A stretch of DNA of 64,000 nt from Marsupella aquatica (Eukaryota; Plantae; Marchantiophyta), in NCBI GenBank assembly GCA_973895155.1, contig OZ316895.1, forward strand, positions 22,456,558 to 22,520,557, in the 5' to 3' direction. The notes under the pieces were generated by a model. The model made no database searches, was not told the DNA's origin, and saw only the letters and a program-made list of their open reading frames with translations. Made by a program: the position numbers and the translations under genes. Within the stretch, counting starts at the first letter, position 1; each line of letters starts with the position of its first letter. Shown in pieces: positions 38,819 through 51,102 of the stretch.

Positions 38819-41800
38819 CTACTTAGAATGGGACACTCCAGTGGTATCAACCCTCTCGTAGAAAATCAGATATGCCTCACTTTGCAGCACTGCGTCCAAG
38901 TTGGTCTGATGCACATGTGAATCACTGATATAGTACCATGATGATGCTTCACCAGACGTACTTTGTGTGTCATTCCTTGGGTTCTGTGCTGGGGGACCTC
39001 TAACGAACGCAACGTAGTGACCACTCTTGAGTGTACCTGAATGCTCCACAGTTCCAATCAGGCGGTACTTGCAATCGTCATTAACATACCTGCATTGATC
39101 CACAGTTATCGTGTCAACATCCTTGTAAGGCATGCCATTGTTGGACGCTTCATTTGAAATGCAGTATCACCTGGCCACCTTTAATCTTAACATACACCTA
39201 GTAGTGACTAGAGAACACATTCCCTGAATGCCTCAATTATTGAGGTTAAACGTCTAGTAGTAAGCTTGGTGAACGATTGGCAGATACTAACGTTAGTACA
39301 GACGGCAATCAAAAGGAAGGTTGGAATGATCTTACCAACTCAATCACGAAACAAGAAACAAAACTAGTAGAAGAAAGAAAAGTACCTGTGATCCAAGAAG
39401 GGGTGCAGGTCGAGCAACTCTTGAAAAGCAACATGTCCACTGAGTTTACTCAACCGCCCTCGCATGTCTTGGGCAAATCGCTTCAGCTGTATGGTCAACA
39501 CCGGTGGAGCCCTGCTTATCAAAAAACGCTTTGTCGCATCCTGTTTAATGACCTTCTTTTGCTCCTCTTGAACCTTCCTACTCTTAGACTTCTTCAGTTT
39601 TGAAATCTTAGCAGAATTCCGAGTACTAACTTGGCTCGATTTCTTTCCAGTCTGAGAGACATTCATCTCTACCTCTGGCTTCTCATTACCAATCTCCTCG
39701 CCTCCTACTCCACCACTGTAGGTCACGACCTCAGGACCTAAAAGCGACCTTGATTCACCACTAGAACTAACTTCATCATCGGGCTCACTTCTAATTACTG
39801 CCCCCCGTAGAGGGACTGGCTCAAATGAGCTTAGGCTGGAATTAGTACCAACTATTTCAGCGTTATCCGACAGCCCATCTTGACAAGCGTCAAGGACCTT
39901 GTCAGATGGAGCAGCATAATCTTCTCCCCCGTCCACATTACCATTCAATTCAACTGATACAGAAGCCTCCAACTCAGCAATCTCCAAATTACTGGACGAA
40001 GTTATCTCTCCCGATTGGTCAAAATCGGAACCTTTCCTGGACGAGCAAACATTGCTGCTTCGTTCCCTGTCTTCATAGCCATCACGTAACATTGAATCCC
40101 CTATGGAAGGAACTTTGCTAGACCCATTGCTACAGTAGTTACCACTCCCATCCTTCGTGACACTACTTTTCGTCGATGGTTTCTCTGGCACTGCGGTCGA
40201 CTTCTCCTCGTTTGCGAGCCACTCATGATACTTCTTGGTGCAATTCTCACAAGCCCAAGCATTTTCACCAGAAAGAAGCTCTGACCTGGTGAACGTCTGG
40301 AGACATCCTTCAAGAGACATTGAAGTCTCAGCATTCTCTTCACCTTGCCCCTCTTCATGGGAGACAAGCCAATCTCCCCTTGCTTCACTACTAATTTTGC
40401 TCAGATCAAGTACATCATCGAAAATAATCCCGTCATACGCACATTCTTGGAAATCTGGTCCACTCTGATTGAAAGGTAATGGGCCGTATACCCTGTCTTC
40501 GTTGCTGTCTTCTTCCTCGAAGAGTGAACTTACACCATCGTATTCCCCTTCTAATTCCACGTTTACGAAATCACTGGCCGAAACACTGTCAACTGGAGGG
40601 CCCAGTAGGATAACCGTACTTCCATTCGGCCCACTGATGATATCCGACTGTGTACTTGTGTCATCATTCCAGTCTCCAGACTGCTCAACACAAATATTGC
40701 TACCATTCAGGGACTCTGACACCGGGGTGGAATCCAATTCAGCTTCTTGAGTCGCATCAGAGGCATGGGTTTCACTGCCTCCCCTCATCTGCACCGGCAT
40801 GTCCATTTCCTGGACTCTAAGTGCCCTTAACCCGGACCCACACCCCACAGTCGAAGGATTCTTGGACTCAGCAATTGCTTCCTTGGCTGCCTCCAGAAGC
40901 ACAATACTTTCACCGAAGGTAGCATCTAACCTTTGGTTGATTATGTTTCCGTTTGGGAGAGAAAATGAATCTGCCCCTTCACCATAACCGCGCTCCTCAA
41001 ACTCCATAGAACAGGGAATTCCATCGGCTGGTGGACTCAAAATGCCTTTGCCCTCCGATGCGACCGAAATCGCTGACGTTTGCTGCATCAAATCCGGATT
41101 AGGAGCACAGCCAAATACTATTTCAGACTCAAGATTAGGTGCACTCTCTTGCACGGTTTGTGATTCCGGATTTGGAGCGCACCCAATAATTACTCCAGAG
41201 TCCACTTCCCCGTCGTCAGATAAAAAATCCAACCAATCAGCCTCACCCGATCCAGTGCCTGCATCTATGTAATCCATCCAATCAAGGTTTGAATCATTGG
41301 CGGTATTTCCAGAATCACAATTGTTATCCTTTGGATGTGGCGCTGGTAGTAGCAGTAGAGGAGTTCCAAGACCAGCAGGTATCGGTCTGAAAGATTCTAA
41401 GTCTGAATCCGCCTTGGCTTTAGCCTTTGAACTCTTAAAACCCTGAGCCTTTTGAGTCTTACTCTGCGCAACTGAAGAACCGTTTGCCAAAGCTGAAGCC
41501 TTCTTTGGACGCTGCTTATTTGAGGGAATAGGCAAGGATAGATCCAGAAATGATTCATACACAACAGACGAATGCCCACATTCACAACAACTGACAGTGC
41601 TCGAAAGCTGACCACCGAAAGCCCTTTCCACAAAAGTTTCTGGTCGTGCCCCGGTCTTCTGCTCACCGACACCCCTCTCCGTCGTGCTTTCTGTGTCCTG
41701 CCGAAGAGAACCTAAATCCTCCACGTCGTCGACCTCGGTATTGGTGCCATTTTCACGTGCATCAGTTTCGGAGAGTGCACGGAGGGCGTCCTCTCCCCCA

Positions 41801-43092
41801 CCAGTTTTTGATTTCAAAGATCCTTTCAGTGCGTTCTCCTCCTCTGTGTGTAGACCATCCAGTAAGCACCTCAAAAGCTCATGGCTATCCTGCTGTTGAA
41901 AACCTTTAAAACGAGGGGCTTTAGAACATATTGCACCAAAAAGGCTCTTAGGGTTGTAAGTGCCATCAATAGAACTCCAGCCTCCACGAATCCCTTTTGC
42001 GTTCTTTTTCAATCCAGCTTCCGGGAGTTGACTATTCGCTTCAGAAGGGGATTGCAAGCTGGCTTCAAGGAAAAACTTCCTCAGGGAAGATGTCAAGGCA
42101 CCTTCAGGTAAAGATGAACCTGGACCAAACTGACTACGCAACAATTCCACACTGAGCAAATTCTGCATCACAGAATTAAAGAAACAGGTGTTGCCAAGGT
42201 TAACCAGTCCTTTCATCACTCTTTGGTTTGGGGTATTGGGTGCTTCGGATTTTTCAAGCACAACACCATTTTCAAACCCCCTTGGAGAATGAGGCTTCTC
42301 TGCCTCGTCAGATCCATTAGTATGGTCTGTGGAGTCCTCCTTAATAACCGCAGATTGCTCTGCGAGTTTCTCTTGTATCAACGATGCCGCCTGCTGCAGC
42401 AACATATCTCTGGATGGGGATGGTGAAGCCTCTTCCTCTCCTTCTCTCGAAATGGGATTCTCAGGTTCCGGAGGTACATCCTGATCAAGCTTCACTTCCC
42501 TTACCTCATGGGCAACCTCACATGAAAAACACCAGAATGAGAATTCCTCTCCACACAGCATCACCAACGGATGCTTCAATTGCAGCCAATGCTGCCAAGC
42601 ATGCCCCCGACCTACTACACCCTGTTTCACCTCATGTTTACTACGCTCTCCTCCGATCCTTACACTCCCTTCCCCGCATCCGACTTGGCCACAAAAAAGA
42701 CAAATCCACAGCTTGTAATTGGATTTTTTCTCATCCCCCAATCCCGAAGGCGGTGGAAGTTGTTTCTTCCTCACTACCTTACTACCTTTGCCACCTTTCC
42801 GTTGTTCCTTACCAGCGGAAACCGCTGACCGAAGCTTGGTACAATCCTGGCAATGTATCACCGTCGATTTTGCCAGCTGATTCCGGAGTTTTTCAAGGCT
42901 CGGCCCGTGGGGACACACTGTGCGACCGTTGTCCACTGCGGCACCACCGTTCTCCGCACAGCGCAAGTTTTCGGGTGGGGCCACAGTTGAGAAAGAGGCG
43001 GCAGTGTTGCTGGACGACGATGGTGAAGACCTAGATGCCTTACTGGCCGGGCTTCCACCTTGCACTATTTTCTTCTTCGCCCTCTTCCCCAT
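38819..43092 (-). CDS. UBP2: Ubiquitin-specific protease, UBP1/UBP2 (USP16/45) type with ZnF-UBP domain, ~1325 aa, 2 exons
   Basis: ATG 43092 (MGKRAKKK); exons 43092-39386 and 39089-38819 joined in phase 2. ZnF-UBP (LWICLFCGQVGCG, HAWQH, WCFSC), Cys box GLVNLGNTCFFNSVMQ, QQDSHELLR, FLDLSL, LTIQLKRF, His box HSGTLKSGHYVAFVR, WYYISDSHV, AYLIFYER. Confidence 0.95.
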
Positions 43093-43320
43093 GATGACCC
43101 GCTGCCAATGCCGGCCTCCGCCGCCACCGCAGAGATCAACCGCAGGAATGCAGTGCGCACCGTCGTGTGCGCTCGCCGATGCCCTCAAATTCTTGCATCC
43201 CGTGCAGAACTGCTCTCTCGTTTTCAAGATATCTGTAAAAGTGGAAATTATACCACAAGTGTTGAAAATGTGCTCCTTAAACGTACTCTGACCAATCCGC
43301 AAAAACTTCCTCTCAATTCT

Positions 43321-43416
43321 ACCCGTCTATCGTCAGTTTTCTCTCTTCCCTGGGTGCTGTTGACGCCCACCCGTCTATCGTCAGTTTTCACTCTTCCCTG
43401 GGTGCTGTTGACGCCC
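43321..43416. repeat. Near-perfect tandem duplication, 2 x 48 bp, in the UBP 5' region
   Basis: ACCCGTCTATCGTCAGTTTTC(T/A)CTCTTCCCTGGGTGCTGTTGACGCCC twice. Confidence 0.9.
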
Positions 43417-43940
43417 CTTCACGACTATACAGACGCTAATCTTTGGATCCGCCACGATGATGATGATGAGCTTTCCCGTCTCCTGGTACTGCTAACTTTG
43501 GCATCCAGTCGCAGCAGAAAGCAGCAGGAGCAGCCAGGTCTGGCCACGGCGACGTTCGGTCGCCGCAATTCCCTATCCTTTCACACATGGGAGGAAAAAA
43601 AAACATTCGTCACTCCCACCGCCAAGGACTCCTGTGTGTATGTCTCTTTCCGTAAGCGTCTCTCTTCTGTGATTTACCATCCACGCCGTGCTTTCTATTT
43701 TCGCCGCCTCTCCTCTACTCCTAAACGTATCTTGCTCTATACCCGCTTCCTCCACCTTCTCATGATCTCTATTTACAATTCCCTCTCCTTCTCCTTCACT
43801 TCTTCCTGGTCTCTATTTACAACTCTGATCCTTCCCCCTCCACCACTTATCAATCTCTATCTCTCTCCGCGTCCTCCTCGTTCAACTCTTCCTGGTATTT
43901 ACAACTCCTCTCCTTCTCGTTTACCACTTCCTATTCTCTA

Positions 43941-44025
43941 TCTCCTCCTCCTCCTCCTCCTCCTCCTCCTCTGCCTCCGATTCTCATCCTACCTCCTCCG
44001 ATTTCTCCTCCGATTTCTCCTCCGT
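43941..44025. repeat. (CTC)n microsatellite and CTCCTCCGATTT repeats
   Basis: About ten CCT units followed by 12-bp repeats, in a pyrimidine-rich region upstream of UBP. Confidence 0.8.
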
Positions 44026-44808
44026 CTTCTCGATGTCGAGAATATTTCTCTCCTACCTGCTCCTGCTCTTGCGGCCGCCTCGCCGTCCACCCCCGCCTCT
44101 CTCGCTCTCAATCTCTCAGATGTTTCTATCTGATTCCTCAACACGGCTGCAGCCAGCAGCAGCAGCCAACCAGCCGCAAAGCTTCTTTCTTCTCTCTGTC
44201 TCCCCTCTCCTCTCTCCGTTGGAAATCCAATTTAATAAGCATTAAGAAGAACAGTAAACGGAAGAGCATGGAAAACAGGGCAGAACCAAAAACACGGAAA
44301 AAAACCTAGAAGCCGAGGGCCGAACCAAACCTCGTGATGAGAGATCAGATCTCTTCTCTCCTGTTTCTCTCGTCGTCTCCCCTCTTCCCCTCTCGTCACT
44401 GTGTTTTCGCCTATGCACCACGCTCTACTCTCTCCTACGACTCCACCGCTGCTGTCACCTGATTATTTGGTTCGCTTCTCCGGTCGCGCTTTTTCCCGTG
44501 CAAAAGCGCAGCGGCTTCTCTGGCGGCGGACCGCTCCTCGCCCTCGCCGGTGGCATGCAACTCGAGACGACTCGCGCGCCCTCATCTGCCGCCCTCGGCA
44601 AGGTCACCCGGGCCACGCAGCGCGGGTGGGCGAGCTCAGCCCGGGCTGGGCCTTTCGAGAACCCCAGGTGGCGGTTGATTTATTTATTATAAAAAACAAA
44701 TAAGTTTCTTTCAAAATAGGGTGAGCCCCAAGAAATTCACTGGCAAGGACCAGCTATGGGTAGGGAGCAAAACCTAGGAGCATGGCAAAAGAAAACGGGT
44801 GGTGACTC

Positions 44809-45083
44809 TTTTTTTGCCTTTTGCCTTGAATACCAAAAGTTGACCCATCCAACAGAGGGTAGCCCACAAGGGGGGTCATACCTGGTACAAAGAGGGAGAG
44901 AGGGTTGGACCAGAGCCCCAAAGCGGACTAGCTAGGGGCTGAAGAGAAACCAATACTCTTCCCACTACACCCCACCCGCACAAACACTCACCCACCACAA
45001 CCCTTGCATGTGGAAGGGGGATTGAACCTGGGACCTCTTGGTTCTAGGCTCATCCCTGGCCAACTGACCGGTGCTAGTTGGTT
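44809..45083 (-). mobile_element. tRNA-derived SINE (copy 1)
   Basis: Reverse complement has an A-box-like head (TAGCACCGGTCAGTTGG), B-box GGTTCAATCC, a GT-rich body and tail TTGGATGGGTC...TTCAAGGC-A7. Homologous to 63263-63620. Degenerate TSD acgggtggtgactctt / acaggtggtctctt. Confidence 0.85.
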
Positions 45084-45142
45084 ACAGGTGGTCTCTTAAA
45101 CGAGCACTCCCACCAGTCCTCTACCGGGCCTGGTTTGGAGAG

Positions 45143-45645
45143 AGTATAGCAAGACCAGGGTGCTGGTCCAGTTTTGGAACCCAAGGACACAACGAGGGTG
45201 GGCAAGTTCAACGCAAGCTCGGCCTGTTCGGAACCCCAGGTGGCAGCTGTTAATGCTCCCACCTGTCCTCTACCAGGTTTGTTTAGGTATAGGGTAATGA
45301 TGATTTGGTCTGGGTTTACTAGCCTATAACCCTATGATCAAAAAATGAGAAAATGCTGACCAACAACAACTGGAAGTTTTTTTGAGTTTTGTGGAAACAA
45401 GTTTCAGACTAGAACCCCAGCCCAAAAAATCATTCATTATCATACATAAAACCTGTTCAGAAAACAATATTGGGTAAGACTTTTTGGGCACAGGGTTATG
45501 AAAATGGTAGCACGTAGTAGAAAAGGTTACTCATCGGTAACCTTTCTTCCTGACAGAACTTACAAGAGTATAGCAAGACCAACGTGACATGAATCACAAG
45601 ACAGTATAGCAAGACCAACATGCTACTCGAGTTTGGAACCCCAAA
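45143..45645. repeat. Three dispersed copies of AGTATAGCAAGACCA, two followed by a similar ...TTTGGAACCC
   Basis: Copies at ~45143, ~45567 and ~45603. Confidence 0.6.
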
Positions 45646-48600
45646 GAGTGTGCACACCCCAACTAGTTGCCTGGTTATTTTTCAATCTGACACCAGTAAT
45701 CCAGCGCTCCAGGATACAACTAGGAAGAGTGGAAGATGCATGCAACCAGCCTTCTCAGTTTTGATCAAATGTCTCTGCAATGTTAGAGCAAAGATTTCCT
45801 TAGCTCAGAAAGGCTGCATGGGTGGGGACATGCAGGTGCAAAATTGACGTGCTAAACTCCCTGATGGCAGGACTGTTTGGTGGGAGTGCTCTAGTCAGCT
45901 GGGCATACAAAGAAATGACAAAACAGGACAAGCATGCATTCCAATTTGTGAAAAGTATTTGCACATTATTTATAGAGAATATGGCTTTCCAATATGTGAA
46001 AAGTATTTGCATATTTATTTACAGAGATAATGTATAATTCATTTGTTTGTTTGATTGTTAGGTTTAATTGATTTGATAGTTATTGTTTTTGTGACCACGT
46101 TATTTTTACATCCATGCAATCGTTGCCACCATGGGGTCATTGTGGCTATGTTATCGAGTGTATGAAATCAATGTGCGAGTTTTTTTTTCAAGAAATAGAA
46201 ATCAATCATCTCAATGAAAACAATGCATAAGATCCTTAAATACAATTGTTTAGAGAGTCTGATTATGCAATGCCTGTCCATTACACAATTGCCGTTGCAA
46301 CCATGTTGTTATTAGTCCATGCAGGCACAAAAAGAAGGAGGCACAAAAATAAGGAGGCAGTCCCTACTCGCGATGAGTTACATAGGGGGCCAAAAAGTGA
46401 GTGTTTTGCCCCCAACACTCCAAGGTGCAGGATAGTTGAACTACTGAATTTTCCTCAACTTGATTGAGAAGTAGTTTGGTTTTGACTTTCTCAATGGGTC
46501 CTGTGACATACACAGGTTTGCATTTGAGGTCTATAAGTTGTTGGAAGGAACTTGTCAAGCTGCCAGTACATTCATCGTAGAGGCCAGCCATAGGTATGGA
46601 TTCCGGCCAAGACAGCAAGTGTTCTTTGGCCTCACACAACCTGTCAATGCATACCAGATTTCTCATCAAAAAAGTTTCAAGGCACAAAGGAAGACAGCTG
46701 TTTTTATATTTAGGCCATCGCAGTTGAGAAAGAAGTCCCGGAGTTTTTATCTGAATTCAACCATCGACAAGAACGTCTCCTGCCTAGTAAATGCCTCTAT
46801 TTTCTTAGAGGTAATACAGTCACACTAAAAACTGGGTGTCATACATTTACTAGCATAAGAATTAAACTTCACTCGACCATTCTTTCACCTCATCGTATAC
46901 CCTTTTCAACACCATTTCTTTCAACACCATTTCTAAGTTGTGCCACTCCTCTCAAATGACCTCCCTCTCGACGCCACATTTGGAAAGGCCTGAAACTACC
47001 GTGAAATACAAGGCAGCCTTTATGAAGACGAAAAGCTTGCAAATTGGGGGTTTCCTTATCATCGGAACTGGAAACAAAACTGACGAAAAAGCAAATAGCA
47101 TGTTCCCCCAAAACGTCCATGGAGAGATTTCTGCAGCATTTGCCCATTCACCCAGGTAGTACATACACGTAGACCAACAAACCACTGCAATCAAGCCCTA
47201 TATTCTGTCTCGCTGAGATCAACTGATTGTAAGAAAATCGCCTCCAAACACACCGCAAACAGCCTTCACCTCTCACCCAACACCTGAATACACTCACAGG
47301 GTAGCATTACCATATTAACAATAATTGAACTCTGGATTCCCAGGAATACATCTTTAACTGTAGAAGTCCATAGAGCCTTGGAAACGGTTGGGTTCGCGAG
47401 TTATGCACCGATTCTACTGAAAACTAAACTAACGATCCCGAACATCCTTCTAGACAAAAGGTGTAAACCAAGTGGTCTCGAGGAATGTCCCCTAAAGTAC
47501 GTTCAATTCTTTGTTGTCTAGGAAAAGTTGGAAGTAGAGTTACCGCATCAACCCAGACGGCAGATCCACTAAGCAAGGGAGGTAAATCTTCCGGACAGCT
47601 TTTCTGAACCTAAGGCATATCTTGCAATGGGTCTGCAGTTCAAAGGAAATCTGTGTTGTATTGGGAATCTTGCATGCAGGTCGCTACGACCTGGCGCTGG
47701 GAGGCAATCTAGTTGCCTCAAGGATATCTGCTAAAGCCGACGGCTGGTTGAGAAACTTAGTCGCACTGGCTACTGAGGTTTGAGAGACCATCCCAGACAG
47801 GAATGATTTAACAGGCGCAGACACTTCTCCAGCAGGCAACTCTGGCCTGGGTGCCTAGCCTACCTGGGTTTCCTAGCCTACCTAACGTAAGTGTCGTACC
47901 AGGTCGTCCCCGAAGGGCATGGGAGGCTTGAATTTCTTACACAGATTACTTCCACCTGGCATGAGAATTTTCAAGTAGGATCTCACGGGGACCTGGGAGA
48001 CATTCCAGAGAGCAGCGAGTAGTTCTGCTTTAGGATAGAAGACCTTCAGTCGACGTCGCCCAGACATGAGAGGTCAATTACTAGTCAAATAAAGCTGGAC
48101 GAATTGCCCAAGAGAAACCAGAGGGAAGACCTAGAGGAAACATGACTCGCCAGTTAACTACCCACTTCCTCAACTCAAAGCACCTGCAAACAACGAACAG
48201 GTTGCAAACCGTTGTAATCATACCAATCCTCTTTCAATGAAATCAAACTGAAACGGTCTTCGAAGATTTTAACAGCACGCCCAGATAATGTGTCAGATAG
48301 GTAATGATGCGTGTCATATCTTGGCTCCCCTCTGATACAATCAAGTAAAGATCACTCTGCTGCCTCCTGTACCCAACAGATCTGAGTCTTTACAATCAAA
48401 TGGCAACGCAGTTGTGCAAGTTCAGACGTAGGTTATGAGAATCTGGTAACGACGACATATCTTCAAGATGTTCCACCTCTTAACTGGAGTCTCAAGCTCA
48501 CGTCCACACTGCTAGCTCATGTCCTTTGCCTGCACAGGAAAGCAAACTGAAAAACTCTGCAGGTGACTACCAACCCATCCACCATACACATTTTTGCTAT

Positions 48601-51102
48601 GAAGAGCACCCTCAACAACCCAGGTAGCGCACACTCTGGGAAGCGTTTCTTTTCTTAGAACTCCAACTACGAAACCCAGAATGCATGAAGCTTTATTTTG
48701 CAATGTACAGAATCAGGATGCCTCAACCACAGCAACGTGATAACATGCTGGACGTTGCTCTCTCAAGTCTGCAACTCAAGGACATTCTGACCAATGTCAT
48801 TGACCAAAGTCTACAACAACTGTTCTGGCTGAAAGCAGAGACAAGTCCTCGAAGTAAGTTTTAATAGATTCAATCAATCCCAAAATCCGCATTTGAAGGG
48901 CTTTGCAATCAGGCTCCACTTTAGTTTCGAAGAGACCTAGAAGCTTTGAAATGTCTCAACAACCTAATTTTCCAAATAAGACGCACTAAAATATGACAAA
49001 TGAAAGTATGAAAACTTCTGCGGCAAAGCTAAAATGGAACGTGCTCACGCTGGACAATTACAATGCACAAAAGAAACTGGACAAAAGAGCACTCAAGCAT
49101 CCCTTTCGAAATAACGATAGCAAACACATCCTAAATCATGGACCCGTCCAAGTGAGGCAACAATACAATGTTGTAACGTAGCAAAACAAATAAAGAATTC
49201 CACCCAAATGATGTTGAATCTTGCACTAAATGGTCAGTAGTCAAATGCGCCTACCTCACATCAATCAGAGATTACCAGACCAGAAGTCATCCTCCAACGT
49301 TTCTCCACGAGGGAAACCCTTCCAGAGACTCTGGAGAGCACTTCCCACCAGCTGCTCACATGGGCACCGACACATGGCAGATAAGTCAATGGAAGCCTCT
49401 ACTAGATAAAACCATGGTCAACCAGATTCAGAACCTCTCGATTGCTTCACACACGAGCTAGCCAACTGGACCACTTGATATGTTGTCACAAGGAACAGGA
49501 AGACACGAGAACTACACCGACAAAGGCAGGTAACGTTACGATCTTCAATAATTGTTCGAGTTAAAACATTTCATCAATGCGTGTTAGACGACACATCTTA
49601 GCTCCATCCCACTTGGGAAATTGATTCAAAGATTCCTGGTATTTTTTAATTCTTAAAAAAGAGACCCCTAGCCGAGATATCCATGGCCGTATGTATGTAC
49701 GGTGGTTTTTTTTGTCTAAGCTCCAGATCCAATGTGATTCAAACACATGCTGACATCCAGTACACAATATTACAACCAGGAAAGTGTAAGGAAAGGGATG
49801 CCATTCTTGATTGAGCATACAAATCGGATCAACACAAGCCAACATAATGTAATTTCACAGAAAAAGTTTCATTCTCAAATAGAAACCAATAGTCTTCCCA
49901 GTTCCTTGCTTTTCTCAAGTAATCACTTATCCCACAATCTTTTTCTAACCATCTTCAATCTGGTCATTGCACTCATCAAACCCACCCATGGCTTTCATTA
50001 AGCCCGATGATTCGACATTTCCATTCAAACAGGAGAATGAGCACAACCCGTAGGACAGAGTGAAGAACCCGTTGTTCAATAAGGTTAATGCTCCCGATCA
50101 ACCGTTCCTCCTCAAATAGCCCCAACCTCCTGTTCATGATATAGAAGTTTCTCCATGCAAGCCACAAAAAGAGGCATTGGTGGTTGGAATAGGAGCCCAC
50201 TTATAATCATCTACTTCTCTCCGTCTCTCCTCTACTCTCACACCTGCAAGGCAATCCATCTCTAGCACTTTTCTTTATCCTCTATAGCTAAACACAGTTT
50301 TACGGTTTCAAGATAACCCGAGAACCATCACTTTGTCCTTGGGCAAATTTTCCAAACTAATGTCGATCATTTGATCATTTTTCCTACTTGCGAAAGATCG
50401 AATAAAAAATGGAATATTTTAATACAGAGATGCCTTTCACTCCCCGTCCCACCTCGCTTCCAAACACACTCTGAATCCTTGTTCTTGCCCTGGAAAGCAA
50501 ACCCCTTGACCCAGACTAGACGTGCCTTTGAAAGATTATTCCACGTTCAGAACCCGAACATTTGCAGGGACAGGAGGTGACCACAAGACTTCCAACTTAA
50601 AAGCAACCTGGTTCCCCCTATTAAGGCTTCCACAAACTTACAAAACTGCGTAAAACCTATGGTTTAAACTCACTTCTTTCCAGACCAACGCTAGATGATT
50701 CAACTTACTGACTTCCTTACCTGACCAACATAGCTTAGTACAATCTCACACCCTCACCCCCCCGTCCCCCCTCCCATACGTTTTCTTTGAAGAGATATTT
50801 GACTGCAGCCATTCCTGCATCGATAGCCTGGATAGTATCCGAGACAACAGACAGCACATGTGACATTTCTCTTCCCAGTTTCTGGCAGATCTTGCACTCC
50901 TTTCAGTAGTACCAGATCCGTCTGGGAGGATGGATAAGCGTAGGGAGCAACAGCCTCCTCATACCGGCTCAGTTGGTCTGAATTGCTTTCTCGTCGAGTC
51001 CATTTGAGGCGTCGGGTCCTCAGTACGTCGCGCCAATTGGTACTAATCCATTTTAATCGAACAGGTTGATTGCTGAACCACATAACTTGAAGAATCATGC
51101 CT

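Noticed and set aside
39364-43302. 1312-aa ORF boundaries as listed in the ORF track
   Set aside because: The listed start is non-ATG and the end runs into an intron; the real CDS starts at 43092 and continues in exon 2.
43060-44133. 357-aa plus-strand ORF
   Set aside because: Low-complexity L/S/P translation of a pyrimidine-rich region antisense to the UBP 5' region; includes a microsatellite and a tandem duplication.
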